27,084 nt of DNA, taken from positions 1 through 27,084 of the forward strand of contig CALVVP010000080.1 in the NCBI GenBank assembly GCA_944363895.1, given 5' to 3'. The notes below the pieces were generated by a model. It was not told the origin of the DNA, did not search any database, and worked only from the letters and a program-made list of their open reading frames with translations. The position numbers and the translations under genes were made by a program. The stretch is from an uncultured Bacilli bacterium (GTDB lineage Bacteria; Bacillota_I; Bacilli_A; RF39; UBA660). Below are positions 1-9,181 of the stretch, piece after piece. Position 1 is the first letter of the stretch. Every line of letters begins with the position of its first letter.

Positions 1-318
1 TTTTTATTAAAACATCACATTGCTTTATTCGATGTCGTCAAAAAATGTGAGATAAAAGGATCTAGCGATAATACAATTAAAAATATTGTTCCGAATGATA
101 TTAAAACAATAATTAAACAAAGTAAAATAAAATATATATTTACTGTAGGTAATAAGGCTCATCAATTATACCAAAAATATCTATTAAAAGATACTAAGAT
201 TAACGATATAAAATTACCTTCAACTTCACCAGCTAACTGTCAGAAAGGAATCGATGATATCCTATTTAATAATTATAAAAAAATTAAAGTATTAATTGAT
301 AATGAATTAAAAATTTAA
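1..318 (+). CDS. 3' part of a uracil-DNA glycosylase superfamily protein, most likely family 6 (DNA-deoxyinosine/hypoxanthine glycosylase); 5' end lies outside the window
   Basis: Not in the ORF track. Frame 1 is open from base 1 to TAA at 316-318 and reads FLLKHHIALFDVVKKCEIKGSSDNTIK...IFTVGNKAHQLY...KLPSTSPANC...NELKI*. The IALxDV..C.I.GS.D and LPSTSPAN motifs are typical of this family. Confidence 0.8.
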   Translation, partial: FLLKHHIALFDVVKKCEIKGSSDNTIKNIVPNDIKTIIKQSKIKYIFTVGNKAHQLYQKYLLKDTKINDIKLPSTSPANCQKGIDDILFNNYKKIKVLIDNELKI

Positions 319-354
319 TTTAAATAAAAAATAGATTAGGAAGTAGGGATAAAC

Positions 355-3300
355 TTGAAAACAAAAAATGATTTAAAAATAATAACTAAACATTATAATA
401 ATTTAATCAAATTAACTAAACAACATTATTTTATTGGGATAACAAATGAATGGATTATCGATAATTATTATTTAATTGTTGAAAAAGCAAACAGGATTAA
501 ACAATTTTATAAAAATAAAAAAGAAAGCCAATATTTAGATAAAAATGTTAATTTAATTAATATTTTAGAACATATTTTAGAATTTCGTAATTATCGAATC
601 GATGAAATTAGTTTAATTAATAATATTAAAGACTATTGTAAGGAAAATAATATTCATTTAAATTATCAAGAAATAAAGATTATACCTAATGCTTTAGCCA
701 TTGTTCTTATAAATAGACTAAGTGAAATTTGTCAAAAAGAAAGAATTAAATTAAAAGAAAAAGCTATCATTGATCGGATTGTCAAAAAAATGCCGAAAGA
801 TGGGAAGATAAAAAGTTTAGAAAATTATTTACCAAATAATTTCCTTACTTCCTCTTCAATGATTGTCTTTTTTAATGATAAAATTAAAAATTTTGGTAAT
901 TCAGCTAATAGTATTTTTAAACAATTAAATAATTATTTAGAAAAAAACAATATTTCTTTAAGAAAAACAATCAATAAAGAACATCTAAATAACACTAATG
1001 ATAATATTTTAATAGCCAATATTTTTTATAGTATTAAAGAAATAGAAAATATCGATATTGAAAATTTAAATGAAGCTTTATGTCATGTGGAAAAAATACT
1101 ACATAATGATCCTTATTACACAATGATGACATTAGAAACGAAAAATTTATATCGCAAACAATTGATTAAATTAGCTAAAAAAAGAAAGCAAAATATCGAA
1201 GATTTAGCTAATGAATTAATTAAAATTGATAAAAATATTGGCGATTTATTATTTGCTCAAAAAGATATAAAATTTAAAACTTTCATTTATTTATTTTTAA
1301 TTATTTTCTTTAGTACTTTATTAACCATTATTTTATCTTATTATTTTATTCCTAATAAATGGCTAGGATTTTTCATTTTAATTATTCCTGTAAGTGAAAT
1401 TGTGATAACTTTTTTAAATAAAATTTATTTAAAAATTTATCCACCTAAACCACTAGCTAAATTAGATTTTGAAAAAGGAATTCCGAAAAACTATAAAACA
1501 ATGGTCGTAATTCCGACAATTTTAAAAAACAAAGAAAAAGTTGAGGAAGTGTTTAATAAATTAGAAAGTTATTATTTAGCTAATAAATCTAAAAATATTT
1601 ATTTTACGCTTTTAGGTGACGCTTGTGAGTGTAATCAAGAAAAATATGCAAAAGACGAAGAAATAAAAAAAGCTGGTCTTTTAAAAGCTGGTGAACTAAA
1701 TAAAAAATATCATGAAGAAATATTTTATTTTGCTTACCGTAAAAGAATTTATAGCGAAAGTGAGGAAAGTTTTTTAGGTTTTGAAAGAAAAAGAGGCGCT
1801 TTATTACATTTTAATGATTTAATTTTAAATAATTTAAGTGAAGAAGAAGAAAATAAGTTTTTTCAAATTCATACTTTCCACAATTTTAAACACAAAATAA
1901 AATATGTTATTACCTTAGATGTTGATACACAATTAGTTTTAAATAGTGCTTTAAAATTAGTCGGTACGATGGCTCATCCAATTAATAAACCAATTTTAAA
2001 TGAAGAACAGACAAAAGTTATTAAAGGATATGGTATCTTACAACCTAAAATTAGTGTCGATGTGGAATCGACAAATAAATCTTTATTTTCGCAAATTTAT
2101 GCCGGAATCGGGGGCTTAGATCCATATTCGACAATCGTCCCTAATTTTTATCAAGATGTTTTTAAAGAAGGTAGTTTTATCGGTAAAGGTATCTATGATT
2201 TAGAGATTTACCAAAAAGTATTAAAGGGAAGATTCCCGAATCAACTTATTTTAAGTCATGATTTATTAGAGGGAAATTATTTAAGATGTGGAGTTGTTAG
2301 TGATGTTGAACTAATCGATGATTTTCCTTCAAAATTTTTAGTTGATGCAACAAGACGTTCCCGCTGGGCCAGAGGGGATATGCAAATAATCAATTGGATT
2401 TTTAGTAAAGTGAGAAATGAGAAACAAGAAAAATATCACAATCCAATTAATGCTTTAGGTAAATTTAAAATTATCGATAATATTCGTCGAAGTTTATTAG
2501 ATTTTTCTTTATTATTAATTTTAATATGTTTATCAATTTGTACTGTCCATCCTTATTGGTGGTTATTATTTATTTTATTTATCGTTATTTTACCAGTTAT
2601 TTCTTATATCATCCAATTATTTACGATTCAAGATAAAAATAGTAAAAATTTAAAATATTATAATATCATGGTTTTTGGTTATCAAGCGTTTATCTTACGG
2701 ACAGTATCAGTATTTACTAATATTCCTTACAATGCTTATTTATATGTTAAAGCTTTTATCATTGCCATTTATCGGATAACGATTAGTAAAAAACATTTAT
2801 TACAGTGGATGACAGCCGAAGATGCCGATAAACAAGTTAAAACAACCTTAACTAATCATTTAAAACAATTTTGGATAAATTACATAGCAGCTATTTTATT
2901 TATAGTTTTAGGTTTAGCTAGTAAATACCCAATCGAATGTATTATTATCGCTATATTCTTTATTATCGCTCCTTTTTTAGCTTATGCGATTAGTGATGAT
3001 ATTAAAAAAAATAATCATAAATTAAAAAAAGATGAACAAGAATATTTAACTAATATTGCTAGATTGACCTGGAAGTTTTTTAAAGAAAATATTAAAGAGG
3101 AAAATAATTATTTAATTTGCGATAATTATCAGTTAAACCGTGATAAAAAAGAAGATTATAAAACTTCGCCAACTAATATTGGACTATCATTAATTGCTAT
3201 TTTATCAGCTTATGAATTAAACTTTATCAGTAAAAAGGAAACAGTCGATTATTTTAATAAAATAATTAATACTGTGGAAAAACTACCAAAATGGCATGGT

Positions 3301-6300
3301 CATCTATATAACTGGTATAAAATTAACACATTAGAAGTGATATATCCTCATTTTATATCAACGGTCGATAGCGGTAACTTTGTCGCTTCATTAATTACCA
3401 TTAAAGAATTTTTAAAAACTATCAAGGAAGATAAATTAGCCAATAAAATTATAAAATTAATTCAAGAAACGGATTTTTCTAAACTTTATAGTCAAAATGA
3501 AGTTTTTAGTATCGGTTATAATGTCGATGAAGGTATTTTAGAACCATATAACTATAATAAATTTGCTAGTGAAAGTAGAATTACTAGTTATATTGCGATT
3601 GCTAAAGGTGATGTGACCAGTAAACATTGGTTTAATTTAGATAAAACTTTAACGACTTATAAAAGAAAAAAAGGTCTTGTTTCTTGGTCGGGTACTTCTT
3701 TTGAATATTTTATGCCACTTATATTTATTCCTACTTATGACAATACTTTAATCGATGAAAGTTATGATTTTGCTTTTTATGCACAAAAAGAATTTATGAA
3801 AGAAGTTAATCGAAAATATCCTTGGGGCATTTCGGAATCAGCTTATAATGAATTAGACGATGCTCAAAATTATAAATATAAAGCGTTTGCTACCCCTTAT
3901 TTAAAACTGCAAGAAGAAGCAAACAACCGGATTGTTATATCACCATATAGTTCTATTTTAGCGCTACCACTTTTCCCGGATGATGTTTTAAGCAATATGA
4001 AAAAATTAGAAAAGTTAAAATTAGTTGGTAAATATGGTTTTTATGAATCTTATGATGCTGATGATGAGGCGGTTGTTTATTCTTATTTTGCCCATCACCA
4101 AGGAATGATTTTAGGAAGTATCACGAATACTTTAAAAAACAATATTATGCAAAAATACTTTATGGATGATATTAATAATCATGCTTTTGAAATATTGAAT
4201 AAAGAAAAAGTTCAATTAAAACCGATTATCGATGTTAATATTACAAAATATAAGAAATATACCTATGAAAAAGAAACATTTATCAACGATATCAGAGTCT
4301 TTCACCAACTGGCTACTTTACCAGAAGTTTCGGTTTTATCCAATTCAAAATATAGTGTTTTTATGAACGATCGAGGCAATGGTTTTAGTCGTTATCGAAC
4401 AATTCAATTAAATCGTTATCGAAAAATTACGGAACAAGATTATGGCATATTTTTATATATTAAAGATATTAATACTAATGATATTTGGTGTAATACTTAT
4501 GCACCGATTAATAAAATGCCAGAAAAATATGAAGTGGTCTTTGCCTTAGATAAAATAAAATTTATCCGTTTAGATCATAATATTATTACAACTACCGAAG
4601 TCGTGGTCGCTAAAACGCATCATGCGGAAATTAGAAAAGTAACTTTTAAAAACCTTAGTGACCAAACTAAAACTTTAGAATTGACTACTTATACCGAACC
4701 AATTTTAAGTGAAAATATGGACGATATAAGTCATAAAGCTTTCCAAAACTTATTTGTGCAAAGTGAATATGAGGAAAAGACCAATTCCATTATTATGCAT
4801 CGAAAATTAAGAGATAAAGATATCACTTATTATATGGTCAATCGTCTATTAATCGATGAAGATAGTAATTACAGTTATGAAACTAATCGTTATAACTTTA
4901 TTGGTCGCAATCGAAGTGGCGCTAATCCAATCGCTTTAGAACAAAAACTTACGAATACAATTGGTACTTGTATCGATCCGATTATCAGTTTAAGAAGTCA
5001 AATTACCATTAAAGGAAATAGTGAAAAAACAGTTTATTTAATTAATGGCTTTGGTAAATCAAAAGAACAAGTATTAGAAATAGTAAGTGTATTTTCTAAT
5101 CCAGAACAAATTTTTGAAAAAGCTTTTGAAGTAGCTACTATTATGAATAATGTAACTAATAAAATGGTCGATATTACGGGACATGATATGCGCCTTTATA
5201 ATACCATGTTAAATTATTTATATCAGACTAGTCACATTAGTGTTAATAAAGAAAGAACGAAAATTTTAAAAAACAATACTTTAAATCAAACCGGATTATG
5301 GAAATTTGGTATTTCTGGTGATCGTCCAATCGTTTTCTTAGAAGTGGAAAATTTAGATAATCTAAGTTTAGTTAAAGAATTATTACATACTTTTGAATAT
5401 TATAAAAGTAAATCGATTTTTATTGATTTAATTATTTTAAATAGTAAAGATGAACAAGATAAAAAAATAATTAATGAAGAAATCGATAATGAAAAATACC
5501 GCATGTATGCTTTAAATAGTTTTAATAAAACACCAGGGAATATTTATATAATTAATCCTAGTGATGTAACTTTAGAAGAAATAACATTGTTTAAAACAGC
5601 GGCGAGAATTAATATCGATAGTAAAAAATATCATTCATTAGAAGAATTTGTGTTGAGTTTACAAAAATTAAATACGGTTAGCCGTAAAGAAACAGTTAAA
5701 AAAGAAAATACGCAATTTAACTATGATAAAAAATTAAAGTTTTATAATACTTATGGGGGCTTTAATAATGATGGTAAAAAATACATTATCACTAATCCCG
5801 ATACCCCTTTAATTTGGTGCAATATCCTAGCTAATAAAAATTTTGGCAGTATTGTTTCCAATAATCAAATCGGATTTACTTATGCTTTAAATAGCCGCGA
5901 ATATAAATTAACTTCTTGGTCAAACGATCCCTTGTTAGCGAATAGTTCTGAAGGAATAAAAATTAATGATGTCCACTTAAAATATCAAGTGGCGGAAGTA
6001 AGTTTTGGGAAAATGCGGTTTTTAGGAAGTTGGAAAAATTTTGATTTTGATTTAAAACAATTTGTCGCTTATGATGATCCAATTAAATTTTATTATTTAA
6101 AAATTAAAAATAACAACAAAACAAAACAAAAATTAAATTTAAAATATTGGATTAATCCTTGTTTAGGGGTTACCGAGGAAAAAACGAGTCGTTATATTTT
6201 AAGTGAATATAAAAAAGAAAAAAATTGTGTTTTATTGAAAAATAAATATAGTCAACACTTTTCTAATATAAGTACTTTCATGGGCTGCACACTACCAATT

Positions 6301-7968
6301 GAAGATATAAAAACTAAAAGAATTATCTCTAAAGAAATTGTTACTTCTTTAGAAATAATGCCTAATGAAGAAGTCGAGCTAGCATTTACTTTAGGAACAG
6401 TTGCTGATGATAAAGACTTAAATAAGTATAATTCAATTGAACAAATTAAATTAGAAGAAAGAAAAGTTACGAAATATTGGCAAGATATGTTAGAAATTAT
6501 CCAAGTAAAAACTGGCAACGATAGTTTTGATTATCTACTTAATGGTTGGTTAACTTATCAAGCCATAGTATCGCGACTTTATGCGAAAGCAGGATTTTAT
6601 CAAGTTGGGGGAGCTTATGGTTATCGCGACCAATTACAAGATAGTATGAATATTTGTATAATTCATCCAGAAATCACTAAAAACCAAATTTTATTTAATG
6701 CAATGCATCAATTTAAAGAAGGCGATGTTTTACATTGGTGGCATAAGGAAACTAAAATCGGTTTAAGATCAAAATATAAAGATGATTATTTATGGTTAGT
6801 TTATGCAACGAGTGAATACCTTAATGTCACTGATGATTATAAAATATTAGATGAACAAATTTGCTTTGTCGATGGACCAATTCTTACAAATGAAGAAATG
6901 GAAAAAGGCATCGAATATAGCTATACTGAAAAAAAAGCTACGCTTTATGAACACTGTCTATTGGCTTTACAATTAGCTAAAAAAGAAATTGGCGCAAATG
7001 GTTTACCACTAATTAGAGGTGGTGACTGGAATGACGGTATGAATAAAGTAGGGGAAAAAGGGCAAGGAACTAGCGTTTGGTTAGGATTCTTCTTATACCA
7101 AGTAATCGATAATTTTATTAATTTTACAAAAAAATATAATAAAAATATTAAAACTGATGAATGGGAAGAATTAAAAGATAATTTAGCTAAAGCTTTAAAA
7201 AAATGTTGGGATACTGACCATTATTTAAGAGCATTTTTTGATAATGGTGAAAAGTTAGGTTCTAATGATAACTTAGAATGTAAAATTGATTTAATTTCTC
7301 AAAGTTTTGCTATCCTTTCTGGTCTTGCTAGCGATGAAGAAACTAAAGATATTCTAAATGCTGTGGATAAATACTTATTTGATAAAAACTTAAAAATTGT
7401 CAAATTGTTAGATCCGGCTTTTGAAAAATCGAAAAATAATCCAGGATATATTATGAATTATCCTAAAGGAATTAGAGAAAATGGTGGTCAATATACTCAT
7501 GCTGTTGCTTGGTATATCGAAGCTTTAATTAAAACAGGTAATTATAATTTAGCTTATGAAATCTTTCAAATGATTAATCCAATTGAAAGAACTAAAAATA
7601 AAAACGATACCGATATCTATCAATTAGAACCATTTGTTATTGCTGCCGATATTTATAGTAATGATAATTTTAAAGCTAAAGGCGGATGGAGTTGGTATAC
7701 TGGTAGTGCGGGATGGTTTTATCGCGTTGGTTTAATCGATATTTTAGGTTTCGATAAAAAAGGCGATAAATTATATATTAAACCCCATTTACCAAATGAT
7801 TGGCCACAATATGAAATTACTTATAAATTTCAAAATACAACTTATCATATAACAGTAATAAATAGTAACAAAAATAGTATTACTGTGGATAAAAAAATGA
7901 TTAAAAATAATTATATTCCTTTAATTGATGATAATAAAACTCATGAAGTTGTCGTTAGGAGGTTGTAA
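355..7968 (+). CDS. Cyclic beta-1,2-glucan synthase (Cgs/NdvB)-like multidomain membrane protein: GT84 glycosyltransferase, ~6 TM segments, central glucoamylase-like (GH144/GH189-type) domain, C-terminal GH94 phosphorylase; 2537 aa
   Basis: TTG start after AGGAAGTAGGG. Motifs: GFERKRG (1777-1797), VITLDVDTQL, SHDLLEG, RRSRWARGDMQ; three paired hydrophobic stretches; SWSGTSFEYFMP, PWGISESAY, FAHHQGM; GFYQVGGAYGYRDQLQD, HWWH, GGDWNDGMN, RENGGQYTH, GGWSWYTGSAGW. Confidence 0.88.
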   Translation: MKTKNDLKIITKHYNNLIKLTKQHYFIGITNEWIIDNYYLIVEKANRIKQFYKNKKESQYLDKNVNLINILEHILEFRNYRIDEISLINNIKDYCKENNIHLNYQEIKIIPNALAIVLINRLSEICQKERIKLKEKAIIDRIVKKMPKDGKIKSLENYLPNNFLTSSSMIVFFNDKIKNFGNSANSIFKQLNNYLEKNNISLRKTINKEHLNNTNDNILIANIFYSIKEIENIDIENLNEALCHVEKILHNDPYYTMMTLETKNLYRKQLIKLAKKRKQNIEDLANELIKIDKNIGDLLFAQKDIKFKTFIYLFLIIFFSTLLTIILSYYFIPNKWLGFFILIIPVSEIVITFLNKIYLKIYPPKPLAKLDFEKGIPKNYKTMVVIPTILKNKEKVEEVFNKLESYYLANKSKNIYFTLLGDACECNQEKYAKDEEIKKAGLLKAGELNKKYHEEIFYFAYRKRIYSESEESFLGFERKRGALLHFNDLILNNLSEEEENKFFQIHTFHNFKHKIKYVITLDVDTQLVLNSALKLVGTMAHPINKPILNEEQTKVIKGYGILQPKISVDVESTNKSLFSQIYAGIGGLDPYSTIVPNFYQDVFKEGSFIGKGIYDLEIYQKVLKGRFPNQLILSHDLLEGNYLRCGVVSDVELIDDFPSKFLVDATRRSRWARGDMQIINWIFSKVRNEKQEKYHNPINALGKFKIIDNIRRSLLDFSLLLILICLSICTVHPYWWLLFILFIVILPVISYIIQLFTIQDKNSKNLKYYNIMVFGYQAFILRTVSVFTNIPYNAYLYVKAFIIAIYRITISKKHLLQWMTAEDADKQVKTTLTNHLKQFWINYIAAILFIVLGLASKYPIECIIIAIFFIIAPFLAYAISDDIKKNNHKLKKDEQEYLTNIARLTWKFFKENIKEENNYLICDNYQLNRDKKEDYKTSPTNIGLSLIAILSAYELNFISKKETVDYFNKIINTVEKLPKWHGHLYNWYKINTLEVIYPHFISTVDSGNFVASLITIKEFLKTIKEDKLANKIIKLIQETDFSKLYSQNEVFSIGYNVDEGILEPYNYNKFASESRITSYIAIAKGDVTSKHWFNLDKTLTTYKRKKGLVSWSGTSFEYFMPLIFIPTYDNTLIDESYDFAFYAQKEFMKEVNRKYPWGISESAYNELDDAQNYKYKAFATPYLKLQEEANNRIVISPYSSILALPLFPDDVLSNMKKLEKLKLVGKYGFYESYDADDEAVVYSYFAHHQGMILGSITNTLKNNIMQKYFMDDINNHAFEILNKEKVQLKPIIDVNITKYKKYTYEKETFINDIRVFHQLATLPEVSVLSNSKYSVFMNDRGNGFSRYRTIQLNRYRKITEQDYGIFLYIKDINTNDIWCNTYAPINKMPEKYEVVFALDKIKFIRLDHNIITTTEVVVAKTHHAEIRKVTFKNLSDQTKTLELTTYTEPILSENMDDISHKAFQNLFVQSEYEEKTNSIIMHRKLRDKDITYYMVNRLLIDEDSNYSYETNRYNFIGRNRSGANPIALEQKLTNTIGTCIDPIISLRSQITIKGNSEKTVYLINGFGKSKEQVLEIVSVFSNPEQIFEKAFEVATIMNNVTNKMVDITGHDMRLYNTMLNYLYQTSHISVNKERTKILKNNTLNQTGLWKFGISGDRPIVFLEVENLDNLSLVKELLHTFEYYKSKSIFIDLIILNSKDEQDKKIINEEIDNEKYRMYALNSFNKTPGNIYIINPSDVTLEEITLFKTAARINIDSKKYHSLEEFVLSLQKLNTVSRKETVKKENTQFNYDKKLKFYNTYGGFNNDGKKYIITNPDTPLIWCNILANKNFGSIVSNNQIGFTYALNSREYKLTSWSNDPLLANSSEGIKINDVHLKYQVAEVSFGKMRFLGSWKNFDFDLKQFVAYDDPIKFYYLKIKNNNKTKQKLNLKYWINPCLGVTEEKTSRYILSEYKKEKNCVLLKNKYSQHFSNISTFMGCTLPIEDIKTKRIISKEIVTSLEIMPNEEVELAFTLGTVADDKDLNKYNSIEQIKLEERKVTKYWQDMLEIIQVKTGNDSFDYLLNGWLTYQAIVSRLYAKAGFYQVGGAYGYRDQLQDSMNICIIHPEITKNQILFNAMHQFKEGDVLHWWHKETKIGLRSKYKDDYLWLVYATSEYLNVTDDYKILDEQICFVDGPILTNEEMEKGIEYSYTEKKATLYEHCLLALQLAKKEIGANGLPLIRGGDWNDGMNKVGEKGQGTSVWLGFFLYQVIDNFINFTKKYNKNIKTDEWEELKDNLAKALKKCWDTDHYLRAFFDNGEKLGSNDNLECKIDLISQSFAILSGLASDEETKDILNAVDKYLFDKNLKIVKLLDPAFEKSKNNPGYIMNYPKGIRENGGQYTHAVAWYIEALIKTGNYNLAYEIFQMINPIERTKNKNDTDIYQLEPFVIAADIYSNDNFKAKGGWSWYTGSAGWFYRVGLIDILGFDKKGDKLYIKPHLPNDWPQYEITYKFQNTTYHITVINSNKNSITVDKKMIKNNYIPLIDDNKTHEVVVRRL

Positions 7969-7969
7969 A

Positions 7970-9163
7970 ATGTTAAGAACTGATTTTAAAACATATTTAA
8001 AAGATAAAAATTTAAAACCTTATGATGCAAAAATCTTGGAAATTAAAAATACTTTATCTAATGGTGGAGAAATGCTCGATTGGTATGATATCAATAAATG
8101 TATTTCTTTAAATGATTTAGCTAGAATTAAAAAAATAAGTCAAGAAATAAGACAAAACTGTGAATTATTTATCGTAATTGGGATTGGTGGTTCCTTTTTA
8201 GGAGCTAAAGCGGTGATTACAGCTTTAAAACCATATTTTACTAAAGATAATCCAGAAATTATTTTTGCAGGCAATTCTTTATCAGAAAGTTACCTTACAG
8301 AATTAATTGACTATATGGAAAATAAAGATACCGTTGTCAATGTTATTTCTAAATCGGGAACTACTTTAGAACCAAGTATCGCTTTTGACCTTATCTATAA
8401 TAAAATGTTACAAAAATATCCTACTGAAGAATTAAAAAAAAGAATCATTATTACAACCGACCCGACAAAAGGTGTTTTACGGAAACTAGCTAATGACAAC
8501 AACTATCCATCATTTATTGTTCCTGAACAAATTGGCGGAAGATATTCGGTGTTAACAGCAGTCGGACTTTTACCGATTGCTGTAGCTGGTATCGATATTG
8601 ATAAACTATTATTAGGAACTAAAGAGGTTAATAAAGATTTAGCCTTTGAATATGCTGTAAATCGTGATATTTTATATCATCAAGGAAAATTAATTGAATT
8701 ATTTACTTTCTATGAACCTAAACTAGCATATTTTACCGAATGGTTAAAACAATTATTTGGGGAAACCCAAGGTAAGGATTTAAAAGGAATATATCCTAGT
8801 TCTTCTAATAATACTCGTGATCTACATTCTTTAGGACAATTTTATCAAGAGGGAACACCGATTATTTTTGAAACTGTTATTGGTATTAATCAAAAAGGGC
8901 ATTTAAAAAATAATTTATATGATTATCCAGTTGAAGATATTAACATGATTGCTTTAAAACAAGTTGCTTTTGCCCATTTAGAAGCTGGTGTGGAAAGTAA
9001 TATTATTATGATCGATCAATTAGATGAATTTCATTTAGGAATGTTAATATATTTCTTTGAAATTGCAGCAGCTACGGGAGCTTATTTACTCTCAGTTAAT
9101 CCTTTTAATCAGCCGGGAGTAAATTTTTATAAAAATCTGATTACAAAAGAACTAAAAAAATAG
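7970..9163 (+). CDS. pgi: Glucose-6-phosphate isomerase (compact, ~397 aa)
   Basis: Motifs GIGGSFLGA, SKSGTTLEP, GGRYSVLT, QLFGETQGK, DLHSLGQ, NPFNQPGV..YK. Start moved from 7925 to ATG 7970 because AGGAGG lies at 7957-7962; it begins 1 nt after the upstream stop. Confidence 0.93.
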   Translation: MLRTDFKTYLKDKNLKPYDAKILEIKNTLSNGGEMLDWYDINKCISLNDLARIKKISQEIRQNCELFIVIGIGGSFLGAKAVITALKPYFTKDNPEIIFAGNSLSESYLTELIDYMENKDTVVNVISKSGTTLEPSIAFDLIYNKMLQKYPTEELKKRIIITTDPTKGVLRKLANDNNYPSFIVPEQIGGRYSVLTAVGLLPIAVAGIDIDKLLLGTKEVNKDLAFEYAVNRDILYHQGKLIELFTFYEPKLAYFTEWLKQLFGETQGKDLKGIYPSSSNNTRDLHSLGQFYQEGTPIIFETVIGINQKGHLKNNLYDYPVEDINMIALKQVAFAHLEAGVESNIIMIDQLDEFHLGMLIYFFEIAAATGAYLLSVNPFNQPGVNFYKNLITKELKK

Positions 9164-9181
9164 CCATTGGCTATTTTTTTT
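9154..9181. terminator. Bidirectional intrinsic terminator between convergent pgi and noc-like genes
   Basis: AAAAAAATAGCC-ATT-GGCTATTTTTTT: perfect 12-bp inverted repeat with a T tract on each strand. Confidence 0.85.

Noticed and set aside
6252-6518. 88-aa antisense ORF inside the cgs-like gene
   Set aside because: Shadow ORF opposite a strongly conserved coding frame; no motifs.
7970-9163. pgi as a truncated pseudogene because it is ~50 aa shorter than Bacillus Pgi
   Set aside because: Frame is intact with strong RBS and catalytic Glu, His and Lys motifs; the shortening looks like loop trimming.
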